63,787 nt of DNA, filler included, from Perkinsus chesapeaki ATCC PRA-425 (GCA_013115145.1; 9 parts of 9 records of this genome joined end to end with filler, not necessarily neighbours in it), one strand, 5' to 3'. Positions 31,700-45,200 are shown, numbered from the whole stretch's first letter. A program made the numbers and translations. The notes: a model not told the origin generated them from the sequence alone.

Positions 31700-32449
31700 C
31701 TCTTAATGATGACGGCGAATCGAGATCTGCCCGAGAGCCCCGCTCACCCCGGGTGGCTTGAAACTTTTTACTTTTTTGAAACCCCAGACCTGCCCCTGTT
31801 GGAGCGTGATACGCTCAGCGTACTCGCGTCCATTTGAGATTATCAAATTTGTAAGTCTCATCAGATTCCTCGCCGGCATTTTCTAATCATATAACGGAAC
31901 CCGCTTAACGCAGGATTCTCATTTTGCATTCCTTTTTCAGATAAATCTCCAGACTTCAAAGTCACCAGTCCGAGAGCCTCCGCTGCTCAATCGCAATATT
32001 TCCGTAGAGTCCAGGGAGCTTTCGGAAAGGATCTCCCGTGCCGAGAGAAATGCCGAGAAAAACGAGGCGCTTTTTCGGACTGAAAATGAGCGTGTGGATG
32101 TTCGACGTTTTGATGAGGATGACTCTCGTGACATCCGAGAAAGGAAAATCAATTTCGGGAATGAGGTAGGACTTGATCTCGAATTCATTGATTATTATTT
32201 TTTCGGGTAAACGTGCGTTTCTTTAACCGAAGTGGATCGAGTATGTCTCTGCGTGGTCGGTCACGAAGCGACAACAGAAATGTTGCGGATTTGTCAAGTT
32301 CGGTGAAAGAATTTGACGGACGAAGCAACAATAAATCGTGTTTGGGCAAGACTACGAGTTACGAGAATCTCGGTGATTTGGAGAGTATAGCGGAGGAGAT
32401 GGGGAAGCCTAGGGAGGTTATGATTGGAAGAAGACCGCGGTCGAGGTAA
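31700..32449 (+). CDS. Hypothetical charged low-complexity protein, multi-exon, boundaries uncertain
   Basis: Exon ~31940-32165 (INLQTSKSP...RKINFGNE) is bounded by TTTTCAG and GTAG. ORF 32213-32449 follows. Confidence 0.35.
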
Positions 32450-34393
32450 GCACAGGAAGATTAGCCGAACGGTAGAGCGCTCGACTCGTTACCTTTCATA
32501 GGTGGTACGATTCTAGGCAGCTTGTATTATATTTTCAGGTCCTATATCGACCTTGAAGTGAACTATTAGATTCGAAGAGGTTCATTTATCAGTAAGATTC
32601 CATTGACTTGTATTTCCTGTAGAATACACCATAATACTTCTTTGGATTCATTCATAGCAATAATTACAACATTTGTCGTTCCTTCTATTGTCAAACTGTC
32701 AAAACGCTTATCAAGCGCTAAATCAACTACTAGGGGGTCTGCCGCGAGGCTTCAGGTTCAGTTCGCGCTGAAGTCATTTCTTTGACATTTGTTGAGCTGA
32801 TTGTGAACTAACCTATTGTCAATTTTGTGGCGCAGTGACGCTGGTCATTGTACATCGGTTATGCTCTCCATAGCCACTGGAGTTGTTAACGCAACTTACC
32901 GGCAGCTTGAAGTATTCCTTCTTGTTGAGAACTGGAGAGGATCTTGCGTTCGGTTAATTAGTTATACAAGTCCATCAGCCCACTTCACGCCCCGGATACA
33001 AGATTGCCCACCGTGCTGAAGGTGTTAATGAAACAATCTGTACGCTGGCTGGGCTACAGCTCGCCAAATCAGAATTCTCGGTCGTGTGGACACACTCGTG
33101 ATCCAAACTCTTCAGGGATAGGTTTTCATGCTGCTGATTCTTGAACTCGGCTTCTTGTTTACGACAACGATGAAAGGTTCTGTGTCTTATCTCATATTCC
33201 CACCAACAATTGTTAATCCATGACTTGACGGGCCGTCTGTCATCACCGGTGAGCAAGACGTCAGCCTCGCGCCCATCGTATTCAACAGCAGGCCAGCAAG
33301 CAGCTGAGAAGCTATAAAAACATACCTCATAAAAATGCTTGCTTGGCGATCTCATCTCAGACGCTCAATATCAACTGTTATTCTTAATAACCATTTCGCA
33401 AACAAATGCTTTCGTACCCCATCAGCGAAGTTTGGATCCATTAAGTTTTGGTATGATGATAGTTTCTTAGCTGAGCTTTCGGTAAATGCTGCAACTGTAA
33501 CGATATTTTATGTCAAGTGCACGATATAAAAACTTGGAGGCATCCGGGACATGTATGTTCTGGTCACCGACCATCTCCCGGTAGTTTTGGTATACCCTCA
33601 TCTCGATTATCAGACTCATTTATGATCCGATGGCAGGCGCTTGTTCATGTCAGGACCTGAAGATCCAAATGACGCTATGATGATGATGGTGAATTGTGAG
33701 GAATATTTTAATGCTTGTTTGATTACCCAGTACACCAGCGCTATTTTCTTATTTTGGTCTTCGAAACCCAGCATGTCCGAATCGTGAAGGCAAATGTCTG
33801 CAAATTGGAGGCTCCAATTCGCTAATCTCGTATGGGTTCTGTAAAAGCCTGCTCCCACCCATCTCCGTGGCGATATACCATTTTTTCAACTTCTTTTTCT
33901 CGATTCCCTCGTACCAGTGATTAGCGCTGGCAGCGACAGTCTGGCACATTCTGTGCGCGTCAACCGTTTACGTTGCGTTTGTTAATACAGTTGTGCTCCT
34001 ATCGAGTGGCAAACAAAAAATTGAACACATGAGAGAATTGTCTATTGCTAGTTATACAATCGGCTGGACGAATTCAGGTCTTGAAGAGCCCCGCCTAATA
34101 CTCGATCTCTAATGCACTTAGTTCGGTGCTCGGATCACTGTGATCCACAAGCAAGCCATCTGACGCCCTCAAGCGACCTATTAGAGCTCAACTGTTGAGG
34201 GGAAGCGACTGTGGGCACTGCCCAGAAATGTACCGACTATGGAGCACGATCTTGTTGCACAGAATCTAGTCACTGCGGGGAAAACGTCAAGAGGGCGTGT
34301 CATGACTGTGATCAGTTTATCGAGATGTCTACTAAAAACTCAACTATGTCTTAATTACAGCAACAGCAATATGTTAATAAATCACACTCCACA

Positions 34394-35266
34394 TTACTTA
34401 TCATGTGTTCCCATAATCTTTCTTCTGATTTCTGTTAGACTACGGGGCTTGTAGTTCTTGCGTTTTTTGACACCCACAGGTTTAGCCTTTCTTATTAGCT
34501 CCTGTTCTTCGATATACTGCTTACCTCTGTCCATCTCAGGTGTCCTCTTCTCGAGAGGCTTTATAGAGTCGTACGTGTCCAGTTTCCTTTTCTTAGAAGG
34601 CCTGGCAGCATCTTCCACGTTGGGTTTGTTTTTCTCGATCTTCTTCTCGTCATCAGCCATATCTACATCTCCTTCTCTATCCTCGATAATAACATCTTTC
34701 TTTTGCTCAGTAGGATTCCTTAGGGTAAGCCTCGCCAAGTCGCGGTAACCACCTTCTCTATAGCGAGATTTTTTCACTTGGAATACTATAGAGTCATCAG
34801 ACAGCACCTTTATCTGCGATGTCGTGTGCCCCAACTTCTCCAGATCCCAAGGGAACATGCTTCTTGCTTTGGCGAAGCCTGCCTTAAGATTCTCACGAGG
34901 TTTTCTCGCGTCATGCAAATAATAAACGTCTTCCTCCGCTCGGTGATCATTGTGATACGTTCTCAAAGGTACATCAGAAATATCATATTTCTTCCCATTT
35001 GTGTGAATGAATGTTAACTTCGCCGTCTGCTTGTTTGGTACTCCCTTGGACACATCAATTTTCATACCCTTAAGATCTTTACCATCCTCTATATTATCAC
35101 AAGTGTACTCGCCAGGCGTGATCTTCGTGTGTTTTTTCCTTCCTCTCTTCATCGGAGTTTTCAACTCCTCCTTGGCATCATCAAGCTTCACGAAAGACTC
35201 GTCGACATTCACCATGGATGCCCCGCAAGTAGTAACCACAAAGATAATGTTCAGAAATATTCTCAT
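34394..35266 (-). CDS. Hypothetical secreted Lys/Glu/Asp-rich protein, apparently intronless
   Basis: ATG at 35266 starts MRIFLNIIFVVTTCGAS (signal-peptide-like). About 290 highly charged codons follow. No family recognised. Confidence 0.7.
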   Translation of the reverse strand: MRIFLNIIFVVTTCGASMVNVDESFVKLDDAKEELKTPMKRGRKKHTKITPGEYTCDNIEDGKDLKGMKIDVSKGVPNKQTAKLTFIHTNGKKYDISDVPLRTYHNDHRAEEDVYYLHDARKPRENLKAGFAKARSMFPWDLEKLGHTTSQIKVLSDDSIVFQVKKSRYREGGYRDLARLTLRNPTEQKKDVIIEDREGDVDMADDEKKIEKNKPNVEDAARPSKKRKLDTYDSIKPLEKRTPEMDRGKQYIEEQELIRKAKPVGVKKRKNYKPRSLTEIRRKIMGTHDK

Positions 35267-37196
35267 ATAAGCAAGAATCAAAACTCCTAATATAACCGAG
35301 AGACAGGGGGGAACCATCCAAATCTGAGCTGTCTCGTCTCTGAAAATAATCGATGGCGAAAGCGAGAACGCCTTCAGGACAGTGACGCGTCACAAAATAA
35401 GACCCTCAAAATTGACCTGCTCGCGCGAGGTAACAAATGACGCAGGACTTGGAGGTCCCATGAGTGGAATTAAACTGTCATTGTGAGTTTCCACGGTGTT
35501 TGGGCTACTTTAATTGAACTGTGTGCGAGAACTGGTTGTATTCCTGCCACCTTAGGATTGTATTTGGTGTTCATGTTGTTACTCGTTCGCAATTAAAAGC
35601 TACGTGGGACGGGCATCCATTGAGTTAGTAACCTGTATATAGAGTGGCGCATCTATCGCATGTGTCCCGTAAGGATAGAACAAAGCTGATAAGACTTAGT
35701 TTATCCCAGTTTGATCATTCCTGCAAATGGCTATACCGCCCAAAGTCTCTGATGGTTATGAACTCGATCACATATTTTCAGCCTATACGTTACACGCTCT
35801 AAGGTACATTCCTTCCTCCCAAGCTGGCATACAAGGCACTGCGGCAACTCGGATGCTCAGTCATCAGCAGAGACTCACACAATAGCACTTGTTTACAAGT
35901 CCGACCAATGGGGTGCCTCTGATACGCTTAACGATTAAAAATACGACTCATTTAAACAGCACTCGTTGATGACACCACGTGAACAATGAAGAACGCATGG
36001 ACATGTCGACTTTGTGGAATCTTTCGATCATGATTGGAACTCGCTTGAATAGTTCAAGCGTACCAGTCCAAGGTTAAGGGTGAGGAATTCAAGTTGTACT
36101 TCTCACCCTGCACCCCCTTCCCACCGACTGAGTTGGGAAAACACAACGCATGGGCACACTTGCCTGCCGATTCAAATCGGTTCAACTGACTCAAACTCCG
36201 CGATAGGGCGGTCAAGAAAATACCAATTTTCTTAGCGCTCCGTTTTCCAGTGAGACTTAAACGAGTCCCGCTGGAATTTTCCACTCGGTTTCATGTAAGA
36301 TGGTATTAATTCGCGCTTTATCTGGAGGATCTGGCTTTATCTTATCAAGTTTCCTTTGGAGGAATTGTGAAGCGTAACCTTGACATTTTATCATCAGATC
36401 GACGCCGAGTCGACACCAACACTTTTCAACACCCTGCGAATGTTCGGATACGATTCACAAAGAACTGATGACGGCACTGAGGTGGGTGAATGGAAAGCGT
36501 TATAAAATATATAATGATCATAATGAGTTATAATGATGAACTCCATTTATAGCTCAAAAGAGTTTCTCGGAGATTAGTGAGTTAAAATCGCCAAACACTC
36601 AAAAGAAGAGGGAATTATGCCTTTATGATCGTTGCACAGTCCGCGCTTGAAGGACACCCCATTGACTTGACCAAGCTCAGTGGGCGTTCGTAGATACTCT
36701 TCATAGAACAATATCCTATGAACACAGTACAGTGCACCGAACAGGCAAGTCTTCCTCGTAGGGGAGAGCGTGCAGTGAGATAATATCAGACGGTCGGTGA
36801 GAAATGGATTGACTCGGATGGCGGAGGACTCGCTTTCAGTGGAGCAAGGGGAAATGGAAACAGTGAGTTCGTCTGCTTCGCTTGCACTTGAAATCTATGG
36901 TATGTTCTCGAAAATCCAGCTCACAGGTTCTATTATAATACTACACAGTAAAAATACAAACTGATGTACATCGGACGAATCAGCCATGAGGTTACCCTGC
37001 CATTTTCCGACTCGAGAACGTGATTTAGATTACACACTTCTTAACCAGCTTGGTACGGGGTTTGAAACCGCCTCTTTCTCAGGTTCGCTTAAATTTCTAA
37101 GTAATTCTGATGAGAAAAGTTGCCGAGCGTTAAAGTATGGGATATCTGATAGAGAAGTTAATGATCATTCACACAATGGGGACATTTAGTTGTTAT

Positions 37197-37300
37197 GTCA
37201 GTTAATACCACCTAATGTGGCAAAAGACGTTCTGGATGCGGAGGAGCGTAACGTTATCTTTAAGCGACTATGTGCGCCACGAGTCGATTACTCCAACAGG
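37197..37300 (+). pseudogene. Possible fragment resembling an ArfGAP (Glo3-type) N-terminus
   Basis: DVLDAEERNVIFKRLCAPRVDYSNR followed by a GTGAG donor. The expected CxxC zinc motif was not found downstream. Confidence 0.25.
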
Positions 37301-39832
37301 TGAGGGTTCCTCATTGCGAGCCTCGAGATCCACTCCCGAATAATTAGAGAGCTCTCATACTTGAGGAGACGCTCACTGCACAAAAAATACTGTATCGATG
37401 ATGTTCGATTATATGCTCGAGCATTCGAGAGCATACAATATCAATATTATATTTTCGAGATAGAGACCATGATCAATATCTCATTGAGAATGCTCCGTCG
37501 TGTTTCAATTTTTTTGGTGAATCCGCCTGTTTAGACATCAGAACGCGGCACAAGTACGGCAGCGCAAACTGAGCGTTGAGGAAGTGGCTGAAGTACTTCG
37601 ACGATTGCAGCCGCGCGGGAAACCACCGATTTCATTTGAGGTGCGCGCCTCATTTTGTTATCGGCAACGACTTTACACGTTGAATCAGGAAGCCCCAACA
37701 GAGAGCGTTAAAGTGAAAGTGCCTCTGAGGAGCAGAATCGAACAGGAAAAAATATGTGAAAAATTAGCCCGGCCAAGAGAGGCACCTGACGAGGAGGGAA
37801 GTGATCGTCAATTCGATCCCATAATCATAAAAAATCCAGAATATCGGCATGTTAAAGCGAGGTTCGAAAAAGTATATATAATATGAGTGTGAATTGACTC
37901 CATAGATATCTCAACTTAAGCGCTGCTCCGACAGTTAATCTGGGTAACGACCACACCGCAGAGAACCGATCAGAGAGCCCTGTCAGTAGGAACGCGAATA
38001 CAGTGAAAATTGATATAAAATTTTCATAAAGGAAAAACGCATACCTTTGTCAATAACGACACCTTGTCCATACGGAAGCGTCTTCTGAGAGAAACTGGGC
38101 TTCGGTCGTATAAAGTGGACCTCTTGACTGGCAAGGAAGTCGCCGTTGGAGAGCCAATGAGAACGAGACAAGATCAAAACAGGACTGTCGAACGGCTCTG
38201 TAAGAACACGTTTGGTAAAGTGACGATTGGATTTCAGCGAAGACGACTGAAGAGATTTCAGAGGAGCGGGAAATGATCAGAGGAGTACGCAGACAGCTTG
38301 GTTTGCCGACGGACATGTGTTAGGCAATCGTTGATGAGATATTATGGATTTACGTTGCCGTTTGTCGAGACTTGCCAAAGATGACTGGACAGCTGCGTAT
38401 GTGGTTTGGAGAGCAAGTTGATGAACTTCATAAAGGTGAGCAAATAGATGGACATGAAGATTCAAACGATCCCGAAAGAGAGCATTCCTAGTGAAAATTA
38501 GAACAAGGGATGTGCTCGGAACGCAGTGTTTCTGGTGAAAAAATGAGCACAAATGTCTCATAGGGTGGCATATTTTGGTGTTCTTCTCAAACCTCATTAT
38601 ATATAAAACTCTTAGTCCTCAAAGTTGCATCACCGACAATAGTAATCGCGCTTAACACGGTTACGTAGTTATGCAGCTTCTGGACACTGCTTCACATTTC
38701 AGCTTTCAGGTCACATGGAGCCTCCAGTCAAGATCAAAGCTCGCCTGTTGAGGGAGCTACCACAGAACAGTGACAAGCTTTGGCAGAGGACTATCAGAAT
38801 CCTTACGTGGGCACCAGAAGACCCTGGTTCGAATCCCATGGCTGGTATATCAGAACAGCCAGCAAGGCCTTCCTTCTGGGGTTGAGAGGACGCCTTTTGC
38901 GAAGGATCTTAACCCTCCGAGACGAAGCTCTCTCACAAAAGGAGACAACGAGGCCTTCTCCGATCAAATCGCCAGTCCAGTATGAAAGTAATGCTCGCAA
39001 GTCACTGTAAAGCCAGTTTGCTCTCAGGCAAGGCGCAACGGGAAGAGCGCCGGGGAAGCAATCTTTCTTTTCTGACTCAGTTGGGCATGTAAATCATCAT
39101 GATAATCAGATTCGTTACGTAAAGCCATTGTTTGGTTCAAGTCGCTTTCGGAGTATTCATTGCCCAAGTAACTGCGAGGCATCTAGCTATCCGTGTGGTC
39201 AGGCTTAGCGGTATTTTTATGATCGCTCCGAGTTTAGCGGAAATGGACTAGTGCTTTTCTCAGCACTGAATCACTGTAGCGATGTGTCGTTCGGAGTTGA
39301 GTTCCAAAATGTTCATCAACTTGTTCAAGGCTGATAGTACATCGTAGAGTGTGGCGTCCATCCGGTCAACGAAAAAGTGTAAACATTGAAGCCCCTTTAA
39401 TCTCTCCGAAGTTAAGCACCACTCAAAGTTGGTCTAGAATGGTACTCAAGGAGTGTCATAAAAAGGGTATTGAAGTATCGCAAGATGTGCGCATTGAATC
39501 ATCAACCCCTAGCGCGGCTGTTTGCACAGTGAAGTAACATGATTGATAATTACGCTTTACGGCTTGAGCTATCGTATGTACATTATCAAGCAAATGGCTC
39601 CTTCCAGACTGCCAAACTCGACAACATCCAATACAAAGCAAATGAACACATCAGAGTTATGCAACTTTTCTAGGACTTCTCGGTTCGGCCTGAAACGTGA
39701 AAAATAGACCGTCATGACGACCTTTCTCCTACAATTGAGAGCGAACCAACTTCCCTTCCCCTCAATGCTGACGAGCTGGCTGAGACACTCATACCGTCTT
39801 CATGGGAGCTTTTACCCCGCGCTGACAGAGGC

Positions 39833-42045
39833 CTACTGCGAGGGCTCCTGTACACCCGTTTGGGAGAGGTCACCTGAAAGCAATGACAAACGAACATCGG
39901 AAGTGGAACATGCTACCGGGCTGGAGTTTGCCCCACGAGTGCTGCTTAGATGACCGTCTAGCAATTCATCTAGCCTTGAAGACGAGGAATGAAAACTCTG
40001 AAAGACTCGACCAATTAGGGATACAAAACATGAATTACTCACTGTAAATCCAGCGAGATAAGCTTCACTGAGACATCGCTTCATTTCTGACACCACTAGC
40101 TGCAAATCTTGAGAACGACAGTCAAACTGCAGACGGAGTTGCTGAAGTCGACATTTCTATTCTACCATACCTCTTTCCTAAGATCCTCATTAGCTTTCGT
40201 AAGGTTGATTACCTGCAATACCGCGAATGGCCGAGGATTTTTTAGTCGCATCAAAACATACTCGCGAATTCAAAGCACTGTTGAGGCTTTTTAGCCGCTG
40301 GAGTTCTCCATCATCATACTCCTCAATGGTGGTGAATTCTGAACGGAATTAATGGCGCAATCAAGAAACTTGTCAACTTCATATATCAGAGCCTTCTTAG
40401 CTTAGTTGGTAGAGCACCCGCTTAGTAAGCGGGAGGTCGTCGGTTCGACTCCGGCAGAAGGCTTTATTTCTACAGCCGGAGTGGAGCTTACCTTTCAATC
40501 TCTCATTCCCCTCTGATGCAGTTGATGCCCCACTTTCCGTTTCCAGCGTTAATCTGATGGAACCCACCCAATGTAAATGAAATGCAAAACTTTGCGTGTT
40601 ACAATTCTGCAACTTTTCTCGCTTTAAACTTCACAATGGCCTCATGAAGCTCCGAGGCGGCCTTCTTCACTGCCGTACTCTGCTTCACGTCAACATCATC
40701 AGAAAATGTCTTGCTGGTAGTTGAACGGAGTTGTCCTCTCATCACAACTGAACCGCTGATGGCTCGAATGGTGCTGGCTCGACTGTTACCTTCACCCGTT
40801 AGCGGGGCCTCGAAGACTTTCTTGCCGCGTTGTTTCAACTGGAGCCGGCGGCGTTCCTGGTCGACTCGAAAGTCCTTCAAAAGCATTCCGAGTCGAGCGT
40901 TTTCCACTTCTAGTTGCCGAATGTACTCGTGGAACTAACAAACATGCTATAGAAAACCGTATAACATCGACAGTTTGGCCGAGTGGTCTAAGGCGCTGGC
41001 TTAAGGCGCCAGTCCGAAAGGGCGTGGGTTCGAACCCCACAGCTGTCATTTGCCACCATTTGCCACACTTCTGTTCCGCAAAACGACGTCGATTCAACGA
41101 CTAATCGCACTAGCAGGATGAAGAACTAATCTTCACCAAGACATTCTGCCCGCGGAACAGGAATTTCACCACTCAGCTTCGGCACGTCCTTCAAGGACGG
41201 TCCTTGCCACATACCCTAGTACTAGCTACAGGGACAGACTAAAACCAGTGACCAATGGGCAATGATAGAATAGGTATGAATACGTACAGTAGTGATAACT
41301 ATACAGTATCAATTCATTAGACTTCCCATATGCTCATCATCATCCTCCTTTTGTTACTTCTCCAAATTCTCCACCAATTCTCAACTTGTTTTTAACGTGT
41401 CCTCCTGTAGACTCTTTTATTCCACTATTTATCCTATAATTCACCAACTGTCCCTTCAACACTGCTATCTCTTGGTGCAGCTCAGACACTTCTTGATCCG
41501 CCGCGCTCAGTCTGATAAAAATTACTCCACCGGCAAGATGACAACTGTTTGCATTCTATCGTAAAGTTGCAACACGTTTCCGTTTTTCCTTATTATGAAT
41601 TGTTCCTTCGGCTGCCTACGTCGTGCAGGTTCGCCCGTCACACTCAGTGCCCCCGAGTTTCATGCCTCAAAACCGGCCTACACTTTGAGACGAGTTTCCA
41701 GCTCGCGATTTTTTCCTCGTAATTTATCGATCTCCCTTTGCCCCCAATCCGTATTGGACGTGTTGAATCTGCTCGAAGTCGGCATGGTACCAACTGAAAC
41801 CCGGTCGGAAATTGACAAACAAAACTCATCTGCGGAGTGGACATTACTTTTAATTTTACATGCATTATTATTATCAAATTAATCTTCACCTTGGGCAGCT
41901 TCGACGTCGGAAAGATCGCTGCCGAACTCGGAATCGGTTGATGCTAGTGACGGCGGTTTCACTTCGAGTGTTGTAAGGGAACCTGTTGGGTTTACTGGGA
42001 CGCCTACTAGATTCACTTACTCCCACGCCGATGAGCTGCTGACCA
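39833..42045 (-). CDS. Hypothetical coiled-coil protein, multi-exon; hosts tRNA genes on the opposite strand; 5' end uncertain
   Basis: Phase-consistent exons FHEYIRQLEVENARLGMLL...KVAEL|LTLETESG...ERLK|EFTTIEEYDDGELQRLKSLNSALNSR|VINLTKANEDLRKE. Upstream coiled-coil pieces REIDKLRGKNRELETRLK and DQEVSELHQEIAVLKGQL. Confidence 0.6.
40391..40463 (+). tRNA. tRNA-Thr(AGU)
   Basis: Acceptor GCCTTCT...AGAAGGC, anticodon arm CCCGC-TTAGTAA-GCGGG, T-loop GTTCGACT. 73 nt. Confidence 0.96.
40969..41048 (+). tRNA. tRNA-Leu(AAG)
   Basis: Acceptor GACAGTT...AGCTGTC, anticodon arm CTGGC-TTAAGGC-GCCAG, long variable arm, T-loop GTTCGAAC. Confidence 0.95.
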
Positions 42046-42090
42046 TCTACCGATACCAGGGTAACTGAATGGTAATATCGAGGCGAAAGG

Positions 42091-42223
42091 TGTTGCTAGT
42101 GCGGAGTAGGAGTAGGAGATATAATATAAAATGTGTTACTAGTGCGGAGGAGGAGTAGGAGATATAATATAAAATATGTTACTAGTGCGGAGTAGGAGGA
42201 GATATAATATAAAATATGTTACT
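42091..42223. repeat. 40-46 bp minisatellite, right copy at contig end; same family and orientation as 30062-30134
   Basis: About three units of GAGATATAATATAAAATATGTTACTAGTGCGGAG(TAG/GAG)n running into the gap. Confidence 0.9.
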
Positions 42224-45200
42224 NNNNNNNNNNNNNNNNNNNNNNNNNNNNNNNNNNNNNNNNNNNNTTAATTAATTAANNNNNNNNNNNNNNNNNNNNN
42301 NNNNNNNNNNNNNNNNNNNNNNNTTTCAGTTGTACGCATGCGTTGATCTTCCCTCCGCGCGCGCCATTTGACAGGGTCCAATAGATTGAACTGTTAAGTA
42401 ATTACTGCGTGATGATTTAAGAAATAATTATACCCCTGGCCAACCGAGGTATCTTCATGATTTTCCAACGAGCTTGCCGCGAGCCAACTAGATATCTAAT
42501 GTAATTATTCACCGTGATCACAGTTGCGTGCATATACAGCTATGAACTAGCCGGTAGGCCGCCTGAATCATGCACCCAGTTGAACGTTCGAAAGCAAACT
42601 CACTCGTGGAATGTTGGGGAGACTGCTGCAACTGATCCGGTCATTGTTACTCTTACCAGAACCTTCACGTGTCTATTAAACTGGTCACCCGTGTCCTTTT
42701 TTGTCGTGTCGTTATTTGCTTACTGTCTGACAGCAGTGCTGACAGTCCGCCTCCAGACGGGCCGGGCCGTCTGCACGTCTGTGCAAAGCTAGAGCTCCGA
42801 GTCGGGTCGTTTCTGGTAAGGAAAAAAGAGAGCCACATTAACTCTGGAGCAGTCAAATTGACTGAGTCAACCGAGTTAACTATTGACTGGAACTGTTGAC
42901 TGTAACGAGTATGATAGTTAAATTATTCTCGAAGGGGTCCTACAATGGAGTTCCCTGTTGAGCCACGGTTGAACTGATGAAGATCATAGGGCTTGTAAGT
43001 CGATGCTTCTTAAGGGAACTCTTCAGAAGTTTCGAGCATGGGGACTTTCCAGTGATCAACTGTTGACCGTCAACATAGGTTAGGTTCTCGCTGATCATAT
43101 CAGATTTTTCTTCTGGTGGACTTTCCCTAAAATGGCAATCTACAAAGCAATCTCTGTGGTCACTGCTCTGCTCGTCATCCAAACCTCGACACTTCACGAT
43201 TCGAATTGGTATGCAGCTCGCGGGAATTATGTCCAGCGCCAGCTTGGTAAGGATGTCAAGACCACACCGGAGCCTCTGTGCTCTCATTGCGCTACATGTC
43301 CTTATCAGCTTGCCCCTTCTTATTGTGATCAATTCAGTCGACCATGTGGTGGATGGACATGCCCGTGTTGTGGACGCTAACTTCGTCCCATCGGGCTTCG
43401 ACACTATTTAGTATAGTTCTCGTCAGCGGGGCAATCAATAGCTCCGTCATTTGTGTTGACGTACCTCATAGTCTACTCTCGGAATGAGCAGGTGGTGATT
43501 TACAAGAGTAGTGCTTCGGGCGTCAACACCCATCAGACTCATCTACTATATCATTTTAGTTGTGTTTAGTAGTGTAACAACCTAATGGCATTTAGTCAGC
43601 TGATGGAAGTTATAACGCAAACGCTGGGGAGTATGCTGTTTGCACTGCGAATCACTACCCGCAAGCTATTTTTGGGAAAACAACACGAGTTTCGTCCCAT
43701 TTACAGAAATGGAATTACATGACTAAATAGCGGAGCCGCGTGATGAGCTCAGAGCCTTTGAGTCAGAGGTGACAAGTGGTGTTCTGTACAAGTTGTGGGT
43801 CACTATAACCTGTGGAGAACACAGGGTTCTTTGTCTTGAGCCTAACTTCACCGTGAACGTGGTAATGTCATTACCGTTGAGTGTGCAGGGAGCCACAGGG
43901 GGATGCACTATATAACTCACACAATTCCTGTCTATCGTGCAATTATTGTTCCATCGTATTACTAACTTTCTTCGCTTGTGATATTCTACCCATTGCTCAC
44001 TCTCTTCACTGCCCTATCTCGTTAACTATGAGCCCAATCTATACTTGTTGTGCTACGACTACGCTTCCCTTAAGTTAGGGGCCCTGACGAGATAGTACAG
44101 CCTGCACTGTGCAGGTGAGTTGAACACATGCCCTTAGTAGCGTAAGCGGATTCTGTTCGGACGAGTATAATCTCTTGACGCTACATCTTTCCAACGCCTA
44201 TTTTGAGAATAGTACCTTCAATTCGGACGGTCGAATCGAATTCAAGTTGAGATTCTCGTTTAGGAACTTCAATTCGGTCGCATACTTCCCGACTCAACAA
44301 GACAGACTCGTGAGCAAAAGAACATACCCGAGACGTGGTTAGCGTTGAAGCAAACGAAGCCGACTTTGGTAGTTTAACCGTAGGATGCGATAGGGGGGAC
44401 ACTTGTTGAGCTCCCTCGAACTCGCTCTCACGAGAGCACACACAATCACTCCACGTGAAGCTAACTTCCCGCAATAACCTCATGTCAACGTATTCAGTAA
44501 TCCTCAGATACGGCTATGCAAATAGCGGTATTGTGGATTCTCTGCAACTGTTGTAACACATCACTTGAGTATTTTAGAAGCAGGTACACCCTGCTTACAG
44601 TTAGGAGTCCTAACTTGGGACCCCTAGCTTAGAAGCGAATTCAGCTTGCTTTATGACATTATCTTGAAGATAACGCTATGATCGCAGTAGGATTGCTGTT
44701 ATTAGAGCACACTCTTATGAATTCCGGCGACTCCACGGCGCGCCGGAAAGGACTGCTCAATTCGCAGGAGACTTACTTCCGACTCTCAAGGTAAGGGCGT
44801 CAATTTGACGCCGTCAAGTCAACTACAACGCCGCTGGTTGACGAATCAAGGATCGTAGATATGCATCTGGCTGTTAGTACTGCTTTCGTTGTTGTCCAGT
44901 TTGAAATCTGACGCCAGGTTGGCTTAGTCAGACTGTAGTCCACCCAAGTTCAACACATGGCCTATGTGACATGGGGTTCCACTTGATTAGTTCAGAGCCG
45001 GTCTGAAGCTTGATTGGTCCCTTAAGACATACCAGAATAAGTGAGTTTAACCGTTTCAACAACTTGGAGTACAAACCCACAATAGCAGCTACATTGCGCC
45101 AACCGGGTCGAGCCCGTATGTTTTATCAGTATTCGTTGGGATGCTGTTGACTTACCAATGCAATTCGCATAATGCTAAATCTCCCAAAAGGCATTCTTCG

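Noticed and set aside
32700-34000. Probable spliced minus-strand gene, and a similar plus-strand region at ~35700-36950
   Set aside because: Coding-like fragments and splice-like sites exist, but I could not build a consistent gene model or recognise a family.
38780-38850. tRNA-like GGTTCGAATCC motif
   Set aside because: It resembles a T-arm, but I could not build a convincing acceptor stem, D-arm or anticodon stem.
39100-39650. Possible kinase pseudogene on the minus strand (LHFFVDRMDATLYDVL)
   Set aside because: No HRD, DFG or G-loop motif was found, and there are many stops.
42940-43411. Cys-rich secreted-looking ORF 43132-43380 and an overlapping hydrophobic frame (transporter-like LHVLISLPLL)
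   Set aside because: Competing short overlapping frames and no decisive motif. It may be a membrane transporter pseudogene, but I cannot support a call.
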